From: a virus
Taxonomy: Duplodnaviria; Caudoviricetes
Strand: one strand, 5' to 3'
DNA: 24,220 bases
IMG/VR virus record: IMGVR_UViG_3300017548_000018
Location: 1 to 24,220 of that record
Below are positions 17,799-23,871 of this stretch, piece by piece. The stretch's first letter is position 1, and each line of letters opens with the position of its first letter. The notes beneath the pieces were generated by a model. That model was not told the origin of the DNA. It worked only from the letters and a program-made list of their open reading frames with translations, and ran no database searches. A program made the translations under genes and the position numbers.

Positions 17799-18128
17799 AT
17801 GAACCTCAAGCTGGTGATGATGGTCGTCCTGGGTATCGTGCTGATCGTGGCAGTGATCTCACTGCGCCGACGCGATCGCTGCAGCTCGAGTGCGATCAAG
17901 CTCGAGGACCTGCTGATCGGCGAGGACGGCCGACTGTCGAAGGCAGCGGCAGTCATGATGGGCTCGTTCGCGCTCACGAGCTGGGTGATCGCGTATCTCG
18001 CTGTGAACGACAAGCTCACCGAGGGTTACTTCACGGCCTATGTCGCCGCGTGGGTGGCGCCAACCGTCACTGCGCTCGTTGTGCGCAGGTCGAGTGCGAC
18101 GAGCTCGAGCGAGAGTCCGCAATCATGA
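17799..18128 (+). CDS. Membrane protein, putative holin/antiholin
   Basis: 109 aa with about 3 hydrophobic segments and a DLL...DGRLSK motif. Lies between enzyme and spanins. SD GGAG. Confidence 0.65.
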   Translation: MNLKLVMMVVLGIVLIVAVISLRRRDRCSSSAIKLEDLLIGEDGRLSKAAAVMMGSFALTSWVIAYLAVNDKLTEGYFTAYVAAWVAPTVTALVVRRSSATSSSESPQS

Positions 18129-18565
18129 TCGCCCGCACCTGCTGGATCATCGTTGTGGCCGCTGCAGTCGTGAGCTTCGTTGCGGGATGGTCCATCAACG
18201 GCTGGCGCCGTGACTCCGCCGAGCAGGCAGCGATCGAGGCGGCGATCGCCAAGTCGGAGGCGGCATACAAGCAGCGCGACGCTTCCTTTGCGGAAGTGCT
18301 CGCTCGTGACCAAGCCTCAACCGCGCAGAACGCTCAGCTCAAGCAACAAATCATCGACCAGGCGCTCGCGCTGCAGGCGGCTACGCGAGGTCTCCAGCTC
18401 CTCGAGACGAAAGGAACCGAACATGATCAAAGCGCAGACGTCTGCACTGATTCTCGTCGCGGCACTACTTACCGCTTGTGTTTCAACGCCGCGGTATCTG
18501 GAGACGCCGCCAGCGTTGCCGCGTGCGAAGCCGAGCGAGGACATGGCGCCGTGCGTGGTGAATAG
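18125..18565 (+). CDS. Rz: Inner-membrane spanin
   Basis: ATG 18125 (ATGA overlap). N-terminal TM ending GW.INGWR, Ala/Gln-rich helical region, C-terminal cysteines. Confidence 0.82.
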   Translation: MIARTCWIIVVAAAVVSFVAGWSINGWRRDSAEQAAIEAAIAKSEAAYKQRDASFAEVLARDQASTAQNAQLKQQIIDQALALQAATRGLQLLETKGTEHDQSADVCTDSRRGTTYRLCFNAAVSGDAASVAACEAERGHGAVRGE

Positions 18566-18713
18566 CTGCGTTCTTCCGAGCTGGTACGACGAGGCCAGCG
18601 AAGCCGATCAGGCGTCGGTCGAGATGAACTGCGCGATCGTCAACGCTGCGGCAGCTCGGGAGTGTGCGCGCCGTCACGCACGCCTGGCTGAGTGGATCAG
18701 CGCCGCTCCGTAA
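18423..18713 (+). CDS. Rz1: Outer-membrane lipoprotein spanin overlapping Rz in the +1 frame
   Basis: MIKAQTSALILVAALLTA-C lipobox, Pro-rich linker, further cysteines. SD AAGGA upstream. Confidence 0.82.
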   Translation: MIKAQTSALILVAALLTACVSTPRYLETPPALPRAKPSEDMAPCVVNSCVLPSWYDEASEADQASVEMNCAIVNAAAARECARRHARLAEWISAAP

Positions 18714-18732
18714 GCCCCTCACGTATTTTAGA

Positions 18733-18830
18733 AGAGGGCGACTGCCGAGGTGCGCTAACACCACGACAGCCCCTTATCCCCCTGCATGACCAGGGAGCCA
18801 GGACGAGGCCCTCTGCTGTGATCACAGCGG
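18733..18830 (+). ncRNA. Candidate structured leader RNA upstream of the methyltransferase
   Basis: Closing stem AGAGGGC/GCCCTCT encloses two hairpins, followed by the palindrome GCTGTGATCACAGC. Folded by eye only. Confidence 0.45.
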
Positions 18831-18862
18831 GCCCGATCCTATCCACAATAACCAAGGCTCCA

Positions 18863-19645
18863 ATGAACGTATCTCCCGTTTCTGCTCCTATCATCCCTTG
18901 GATCGGCGGAAAGCGCCGACTTGCCGCACAGATCCTTCCTCTTTTCCCTGAACACACCTGCTATGTCGAGCCATTCGCCGGAGCGGCGGCTTTGCTCTTC
19001 GCCAAGGAACCGTCGAAGGTCGAGGTATTGAACGACACGAACGGCGATCTGGTGAATTTATATCGCTGCGTGCAGCACCACCTTGAAGAGTTCGTGCGGC
19101 AGTTTAAATGGGCACTGACTAGCCGAGAGATATTCCGATGGCTGCAGATCACTCCGCGGGATGTGTTGACGGATATTCAGCGGGCTGCGCGCTTCTACTA
19201 CCTGCAGCACCTTGCGTTCGGCGGAAAGGTCGAAGGCCAGACGTTCGGGACTAGCACAACCCATCCAGTGGCCTTGAACCTGCTGCGAATCGAGGAGGTC
19301 TTGAGCTCAGCCCATCTGCGCCTTGCGAGAGTGATGGTCGAGCGGCTCGACTGGAGTGAATGCATCGAGAGGTACGATCGGCCTCACACACTTTTTTTCA
19401 TGGATCCACCTTACTGGCAGACCGAGGGATATGGCGCTCCATTCGCTCCGGAGCAGTACACTTTGCTGGCCGAGAGAATGCGATCAATGCGCGGGAAAGC
19501 GGTCCTCACGATCAATGATGTCAAGCCGATGCGCGAAGCGTTCAAGGGATTCGAGATCAAGCGCGTCACAATCAACTATACGGTCGGCAGGCAGCAGAAG
19601 GCGCGCGCTCCTCGAGGCGAGCTGATCGTCATGAACTGGACGTGA
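18863..19645 (+). CDS. D12-class N6-adenine DNA methyltransferase (Dam-like, orphan)
   Basis: PW.GGKRRLA, YVEPFAGAAA, EVLND.NG.LVN.Y and catalytic DPPY. ATG 18863 is preferred because the upstream in-frame extension is not protein-like. Target specificity cannot be determined. Confidence 0.95.
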   Translation: MNVSPVSAPIIPWIGGKRRLAAQILPLFPEHTCYVEPFAGAAALLFAKEPSKVEVLNDTNGDLVNLYRCVQHHLEEFVRQFKWALTSREIFRWLQITPRDVLTDIQRAARFYYLQHLAFGGKVEGQTFGTSTTHPVALNLLRIEEVLSSAHLRLARVMVERLDWSECIERYDRPHTLFFMDPPYWQTEGYGAPFAPEQYTLLAERMRSMRGKAVLTINDVKPMREAFKGFEIKRVTINYTVGRQQKARAPRGELIVMNWT

Positions 19646-19647
19646 GT

Positions 19648-20019
19648 TCAACCGCGGCGCGGAGCGACCATTGGCTCCGCTAAGGTTGGCGATTCGCGCA
19701 AGCCGAGACTCAGGAACAGATACGCTCTAGTGATAGATGCACGTACGGTCTTTTTGTCCGTGCACATTGCTTCCGCGATCTGAGCCTGCGTTGCTCCGTT
19801 CCTGAACTGATAGAGCGCGAAATAATCTGCGTCCGGCAGCTCTTGCAAGAGCTGATCCAACGCTTCGTCGCAGGCATCGTCCTGAATCAATGTCGCCAAC
19901 CTCTTTCCCATGTCGTCAAGGATAGAACGGGGGTCATCCGTGTCGGGCATCTCCCGAAGCCTCTCCATCACCTCATCGAGAATGTGTGCAGGAACATCTC
20001 TTAGCGCCGGTGGCATCAT
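19648..20019 (-). CDS. Stand-alone sigma-70 region 4-like HTH protein
   Basis: ALDQLLQELP...FAL....GATQAQIAEAM...KKTVRASITRA..L matches the ECF sigma4 pattern. No recognisable region 2. SD GGGAG upstream. Confidence 0.7.
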   Translation of the reverse strand: MMPPALRDVPAHILDEVMERLREMPDTDDPRSILDDMGKRLATLIQDDACDEALDQLLQELPDADYFALYQFRNGATQAQIAEAMCTDKKTVRASITRAYLFLSLGLRESPTLAEPMVAPRRG

Positions 20020-20277
20020 TCATCTCCCGTTTTGTGTTGCTTCGGGCGGAGTGCTTTCAGGTGGGCGATTGCCGATCAGTTGGGCTAGGGCGGCCACGAT
20101 CCCGTCCATGCGAGAGGTGATGTCCGCGAGTTGCTTTGCCGTATCCTCGGGCGTGTCCTCGGTCATGACGAATCTGAGCAGGCGGCGGCTGTCGGCAATC
20201 GATCGGATTGCGCGCTCTATATACGTCCGCCGCAGGTGGCTTTGGTTACGAGTCGTAGTGAAGTCGAGTCGCCTCAT
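20020..20277 (-). CDS. Hypothetical protein (85 aa)
   Basis: ATGA overlap with the upstream gene. Stop abuts the start of the sigma4-like gene, giving operon-like packing. Confidence 0.6.
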   Translation of the reverse strand: MRRLDFTTTRNQSHLRRTYIERAIRSIADSRRLLRFVMTEDTPEDTAKQLADITSRMDGIVAALAQLIGNRPPESTPPEATQNGR

Positions 20278-20621
20278 CGGTTGACCTTGGGGTCGCAGAC
20301 GATGGTCCAAGTGTGTTCCTGGGTAGCCTGGAGACTGCCCTTCGGAGTTTCGATGTACGTCAAAAGCTCGGCGATTCGAAATCCCGAGCTACGGCACTCA
20401 CTCCGCGCGATCCGTTCTGACACTCTGCGACATGCAGAGTCGTTGCGGGTGTCTTGGCTGGTGCATTTGGCGAGCCGCCAGCCGGACACGGCTCCATCTG
20501 GGCCCTCAATTGGGAGAACTTCGACCATCATGGGATCTTCTGCGGAATCCCAACCGGAGAACAGCAACAACGCGAAAGCGGGTATTGCGAGAGCGATGAC
20601 GGCTTTGATTCGTGTCGCCAT
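20274..20621 (-). CDS. Putative exported protein with four cysteines
   Basis: MATRIKAVIALAIPAFALLLFSG signal peptide or anchor. SD GAGGAAGG upstream of ATG 20621. 115 aa. Confidence 0.65.
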   Translation of the reverse strand: MATRIKAVIALAIPAFALLLFSGWDSAEDPMMVEVLPIEGPDGAVSGWRLAKCTSQDTRNDSACRRVSERIARSECRSSGFRIAELLTYIETPKGSLQATQEHTWTIVCDPKVNR

Positions 20622-20630
20622 GGTCAAGGC

Positions 20631-20689
20631 GCCTTCCTCTGGTTCGATGGTTCGCCAGGTGGCTTGTCGTGCGCGACCCAGAGGAAGGC
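20631..20689 (-). promoter_or_regulatory. Inverted repeat sequestering the RBS of the 20621 gene
   Basis: GCCTTCCTCTGGTTCG (20631-20646) and CGACCCAGAGGAAGGC (20674-20689) are 15/16 complementary. Confidence 0.65.
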
Positions 20690-20746
20690 TCGAATCATCA
20701 TCTGGTCTCCCGTCCGTGCTCGTGACTTGGTACGCTCTGCGGCTGA

Positions 20747-21124
20747 ATGTCGAAGCGTCTGTCGAACCAAGACGCCGACGCATTACGACACTGGTTTGCT
20801 CTTACTGTCGGATCTCACGCCAACGCGAGCGACATCGGCCTTCGGATGGGTCGCCGTCCGCTGCGTCTGTTGGTGCTGGTGTATCTCGCGCTTCAACCCT
20901 CGGAGAGTGCGTTGCTCAACGAGGTGCGGCGCGCATGCAGGATAGAGCCGGAAAAGAGAGCGTTGGCGGCCGCAGTCGACTCGCTGTCGAAAGCTGGATT
21001 CGTCACGAAAGTTCGAACCCGCACTAGGTCCGGCGAGCGTGAACTGCGCCTGACAGACCAGGGTCGTATTGCGGTCGGCACATTTGCGCAATCTCGACAT
21101 CCCCACCCCGACGACTGTACTTGA
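20747..21124 (+). CDS. Winged-helix (MarR-like) DNA-binding protein
   Basis: LRLLVLVYL...LAAAVDSLSKAGFVTK......RELRLTDQGR pattern. Divergent from the three-gene operon. Possible extended -10 TGGTACGCT at 20728-20736. Confidence 0.7.
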   Translation: MSKRLSNQDADALRHWFALTVGSHANASDIGLRMGRRPLRLLVLVYLALQPSESALLNEVRRACRIEPEKRALAAAVDSLSKAGFVTKVRTRTRSGERELRLTDQGRIAVGTFAQSRHPHPDDCT

Positions 21125-21160
21125 TGTTCACTCGACTATAAGAGCGATCATCTGAACGGG

Positions 21161-21185
21161 CAAGGCAACCGGTGGTTGTGCCTTG
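21161..21185. terminator. Hairpin between convergent genes
   Basis: CAAGGCA...TGCCTTG stem with inner ACC/GGT pairing. No clear U tract. Confidence 0.3.
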
Positions 21186-21218
21186 GTGCGCCCCTCGGCT
21201 TGTACGTACTTCAGGTCG

Positions 21219-21437
21219 TCATTTGAACAGATGCCCGGTCCCGCCGTGCCGGTGCCACTCCGCCTCCCATTTGATCGTCTCGCGTGCTTTCTCTTCCGCT
21301 TCCTCCAGCCGGCCGGCCTGGGTGAGTCGCTTCCATTCGAGCGCGGCGGCGGTCGCGAGCGATCGGTACTTGAGCTGCTGCTGAATGTCGACAGGGGGAA
21401 CTGCTGTTCGGCGACGAACGCGCCGAGGGCCGGGCAT
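21219..21437 (-). CDS. Hypothetical protein (72 aa)
   Basis: ATG 3 nt after the upstream stop. Helical, charged composition. Confidence 0.5.
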   Translation of the reverse strand: MPGPRRVRRRTAVPPVDIQQQLKYRSLATAAALEWKRLTQAGRLEEAEEKARETIKWEAEWHRHGGTGHLFK

Positions 21438-21440
21438 GGG

Positions 21441-21617
21441 TCAGTGCTTCTCTGTCGAGACCAATGGTTCGTGCTCATCTTGGAGCCCGTGGTAGAGCAC
21501 CAAGGTGAAGTCGAGCGGATCGAACCATTGGTCGCACGTCGGACAGTGCTCAAGCGGCACGTCCCCTTCATCAACGTCCAAAGGACGGCCGCGGATACTT
21601 CGGTTCTCTTTGCTCAT
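21441..21617 (-). CDS. Small putative zinc-binding protein (CxxC...H...H)
   Basis: MSKENRSIRGRPLD...HCPTCDQWFDPLDFTLVLYH....HEP. Start uncertain (21617 or further upstream). Confidence 0.55.
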   Translation of the reverse strand: MSKENRSIRGRPLDVDEGDVPLEHCPTCDQWFDPLDFTLVLYHGLQDEHEPLVSTEKH

Positions 21618-21678
21618 GGCTGCAAGGTAACCGTCGGGCCATCGCAGAAGTTCACGCATTTCTGGGCGAAACCAGAGG

Positions 21679-21903
21679 CTATCGATCTCCTTTGTCCTCT
21701 GGCCGAGGGTAGGCCGCCCATTCCTGGGCATCTCTGACAGGATCCTCGATCGGTTCCGCCGCGACCGGCGTCGAGTCTTTTCCAAGCCAATGCACGGCGG
21801 CCATGATTACGAAGACGACGGCCGCAAAGGCCATCGAGATGAAGATCAGCAGGCCCGTTTCGGGTGGGATGGGCTTGTGCTCGGTTCGCGGCCGCTCGGT
21901 CAG
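21679..21903 (-). CDS. Possible small single-pass membrane protein; start uncertain
   Basis: Hydrophobic stretch GLLIFISMAFAAVVFVIMAAVHWLG followed by an acidic tail, downstream of the tRNA. Confidence 0.35.
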   Translation of the reverse strand: MTERPRTEHKPIPPETGLLIFISMAFAAVVFVIMAAVHWLGKDSTPVAAEPIEDPVRDAQEWAAYPRPEDKGDR

Positions 21904-21924
21904 AACGCTCTGGGAAGGCCCGGC

Positions 21925-22280
21925 AATAGTACAAGGGCCTTTTAATAGTACAGATGTGGTGCCGGCTGAGGGACTCGAACCCCCGACCCACGGTTTACAA
22001 AACCGTAGCTCTACCAACTGAGCTAAGCCGGCGTTTTTCTTCTGGATACAGGAGCTTACTGTATCCGGCGAGAGGTGTGCGGAAGTCTCCGCTGTGGTCC
22101 AGGCTGCGGCCGGATCTGCGGCCAGCCTTTTAGAGCCCAACTGATTACAAATCAGAGCGTCGGAATCCGAGTTTCTGTACATCGATCAATTCCTTATGCG
22201 TTAGGTTTGTACTATAGAGACGCCGATTTAGGCCGGCGCCGCTGTATTTTTTCTCGATCTTTTCGAGCGGAATAGTACAG
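21925..22280. other. Putative attP: core about 22137-22155, arm-type repeats WATAGTACAR, IHF-like site
   Basis: Non-coding region 3' of the integrase. Core CTGATTTGTAATCAG on the - strand. Repeats at 21925, 21944, 22271 (direct) and 22207 (inverted). GATCAATTCCTTA at 22184-22196 has one mismatch to the IHF consensus WATCAANNNNTTR. Confidence 0.75.
21957..22032 (-). tRNA. tRNA-Thr(UGU), complete, 76 nt with encoded CCA
   Basis: GCCGGCT TA GCTC AGTTGGTA GAGC T ACGGT TTTGTAA ACCGT GGGTC GGGGG TTCGAGT CCCTC AGCCGGC ACCA. All four stems pair and the anticodon is TGT. Confidence 0.97.
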
Positions 22281-22295
22281 CAGGCGCCGGGTATC

Positions 22296-23435
22296 TCAGA
22301 GCTGTTTTACCTTAAGCGGCTTGACCTTCGAGCCGAGACGCCGGTAGTGCTTCCGAGTGACTGCAACGTCTGCATGCCCGAGTCGCTTCTGCGCATCTTC
22401 ATCGGACTCCGAATCGCTGCCGGTCTTGCCTCGGATGTCCTTCTCCTGAAAGCGCTCTGTGATCTTCGTCTCCTTGAGCAGACGAGACATGAAACGCTTC
22501 CATATGCTGTCGAACCCGGGCGCGTTGCCGTCTTCGCCGACGTAGCACTCGCCGAACTTGTCGCAGAACAGCCAGGGCGATATATCGACGGGACGCGCGC
22601 GCTTCGCATCTTCCACGGCCTCGCGAAGCTCATCCGACCACTCGATCGTCTTGCGGTGACTGGTGGTCTTTGCCGTTTTCCGCGGCTTCACGAAGATACC
22701 TTCGTCCGTGAAATCGCTTGGCCGGAGGCGAAGCATGTCGGCACGCCGCAGGCCGGTTATATATTTGATGCGAATGTAGGCCTGGAGCATCTTAACCGAG
22801 CCCCGCTTCTGGAACGACGGCAGGCTCAGGGCTTCCTTGAGTTCCCAATCCTGGATGTATCGATCTCGCGCCTGGGAGTTCTCTGCGCCTTCGAATCGCA
22901 CCTTCTCGATGAACGGATGCTCGTTAAGGCCCGGCGCGCCCCAGCGCAAAGCGTGCGTGAAGGCGTGCGATAGCAGCGCGAACTCCAGCCTGGCGACACG
23001 CTTGCCGCCGCCGCCCTTCACTCGCCACTCAACGTAGGCGAACGCGTGCCGCGCCTTGATCTGGACGATCAGTGCCGGCGGTGGACCGGCGAAAAACTTG
23101 CGGAGATGGACAAGGTACTTGCGATTGTCGATCTGGGTGCGGAGCGCCTTCGTAGGGATCACGTCCCGCTCGTAGCGATCCAGCAACTGAAGGACGGTTT
23201 GAAGTATGGGGTCGTCGGCCGCAATCCCTTGCTGCTCCTGGGCTTTCTTCATCCCAGCCAGGCGCTTGCCGAACTCGGCATGCGCAGCCGACAAAGACTT
23301 CCCGAGCCGGAAGGTCCATTTGTTGTCGAAGAACGGCCGTTCGTCCTTGCGCACCTGGTAATAGTACGCACCGCGGGTGTGGCGCCACCGCGTCGGCAGC
23401 CCTCTGTTTTCTTTCAGCCGTCTTCTAGGTGGCAT
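22296..23435 (-). CDS. int: Tyrosine recombinase (phage integrase)
   Basis: TGLRRADML (Arg I), KTAK (Lys), EKDIRGK (Arg II), LGH, HY (Tyr). N-terminal arm-binding region LP......GAYYY. ATG 23435 overlaps the upstream xis-like gene. Confidence 0.95.
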   Translation of the reverse strand: MPPRRRLKENRGLPTRWRHTRGAYYYQVRKDERPFFDNKWTFRLGKSLSAAHAEFGKRLAGMKKAQEQQGIAADDPILQTVLQLLDRYERDVIPTKALRTQIDNRKYLVHLRKFFAGPPPALIVQIKARHAFAYVEWRVKGGGGKRVARLEFALLSHAFTHALRWGAPGLNEHPFIEKVRFEGAENSQARDRYIQDWELKEALSLPSFQKRGSVKMLQAYIRIKYITGLRRADMLRLRPSDFTDEGIFVKPRKTAKTTSHRKTIEWSDELREAVEDAKRARPVDISPWLFCDKFGECYVGEDGNAPGFDSIWKRFMSRLLKETKITERFQEKDIRGKTGSDSESDEDAQKRLGHADVAVTRKHYRRLGSKVKPLKVKQL

Positions 23436-23658
23436 CGTACAGCGCACCGTAATTCGGCTCCCACTCATCGAGAGCCTTGGTCGACTTAGATTTCACCGCT
23501 CCGAGCAAATGGTCAACGTGTCCGCGATGGACGAACACGCTGCCATCCGGTCGCGGAAGATGATCGATGCCCATGGCGCGCAACGCACGGATCTGTGCGG
23601 CACCCTGTTTCTTGCCGGTGATCTCGATCAGTTCTTCAGGGGTACAAGCGATAGCCAT
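23425..23658 (-). CDS. Excisionase-like protein (DUF4224-like)
   Basis: TPEEL.EITG.K...AQ.RAL..MGI....RPDGS..V...EPNY.AL. Overlaps the integrase start. Confidence 0.85.
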   Translation of the reverse strand: MAIACTPEELIEITGKKQGAAQIRALRAMGIDHLPRPDGSVFVHRGHVDHLLGAVKSKSTKALDEWEPNYGALYDAT

Positions 23659-23661
23659 ACA

Positions 23662-23871
23662 TCATCTATTCAAAGTAGCTTCGCTGCCATGACGGCAGAC
23701 TGATTCGTGATCGGTTGCCAACCGCTCGCCGCGCTTCACCATGTCCGGCACGGCTTCGACCTTCTTGCCGGTTGCCGCAGCGATCTGGCGGTTGGTGTAC
23801 CCCTCCCGTCGCATCTTGTATGCGGCGATCGCGAGCGCTCGTGAGCGCTTCTCGCTGCCACTACCCGCCAT
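23662..23871 (-). CDS. Small HTH DNA-binding protein
   Basis: AYKMRREGYTNRQIAAATGKKVEAVPDMVKRG. ATG 23871 with SD GGGAG. Confidence 0.65.
   Translation of the reverse strand: MAGSGSEKRSRALAIAAYKMRREGYTNRQIAAATGKKVEAVPDMVKRGERLATDHESVCRHGSEATLNR

Noticed and set aside
18692-18862. N-terminal extension of the methyltransferase, or a Com-like zinc-finger regulator upstream
   Set aside because: The extension is not protein-like, and no CxxC-CxxC ORF was seen there.
19392-19398. T7 run in the methyltransferase as a phase-variation tract
   Set aside because: Too short, and explained by Leu-Phe-Phe codons before DPPY.
20131-21027. 298-aa + strand ORF across the accessory region
   Set aside because: Ser/Arg-rich without motifs, and it overlaps better-supported genes.
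21957-22032. The tRNA as a host gene marking a prophage end
   Set aside because: Phage late genes lie on one side and int/xis on the other, arm repeats flank it, and no host genes are present. Two tandem prophages cannot be fully excluded but are less parsimonious.
21679-22182. 167-aa ORF spanning the att core and tRNA
   Set aside because: The N-terminal part translates tRNA and att sequence; only the hydrophobic 3' part is plausibly coding.
21115-22260. LexA (SOS) boxes at CTGTA sites (about 21115, 22059, 22175, 22242)
   Set aside because: None completes CTGT-N8-ACAG.
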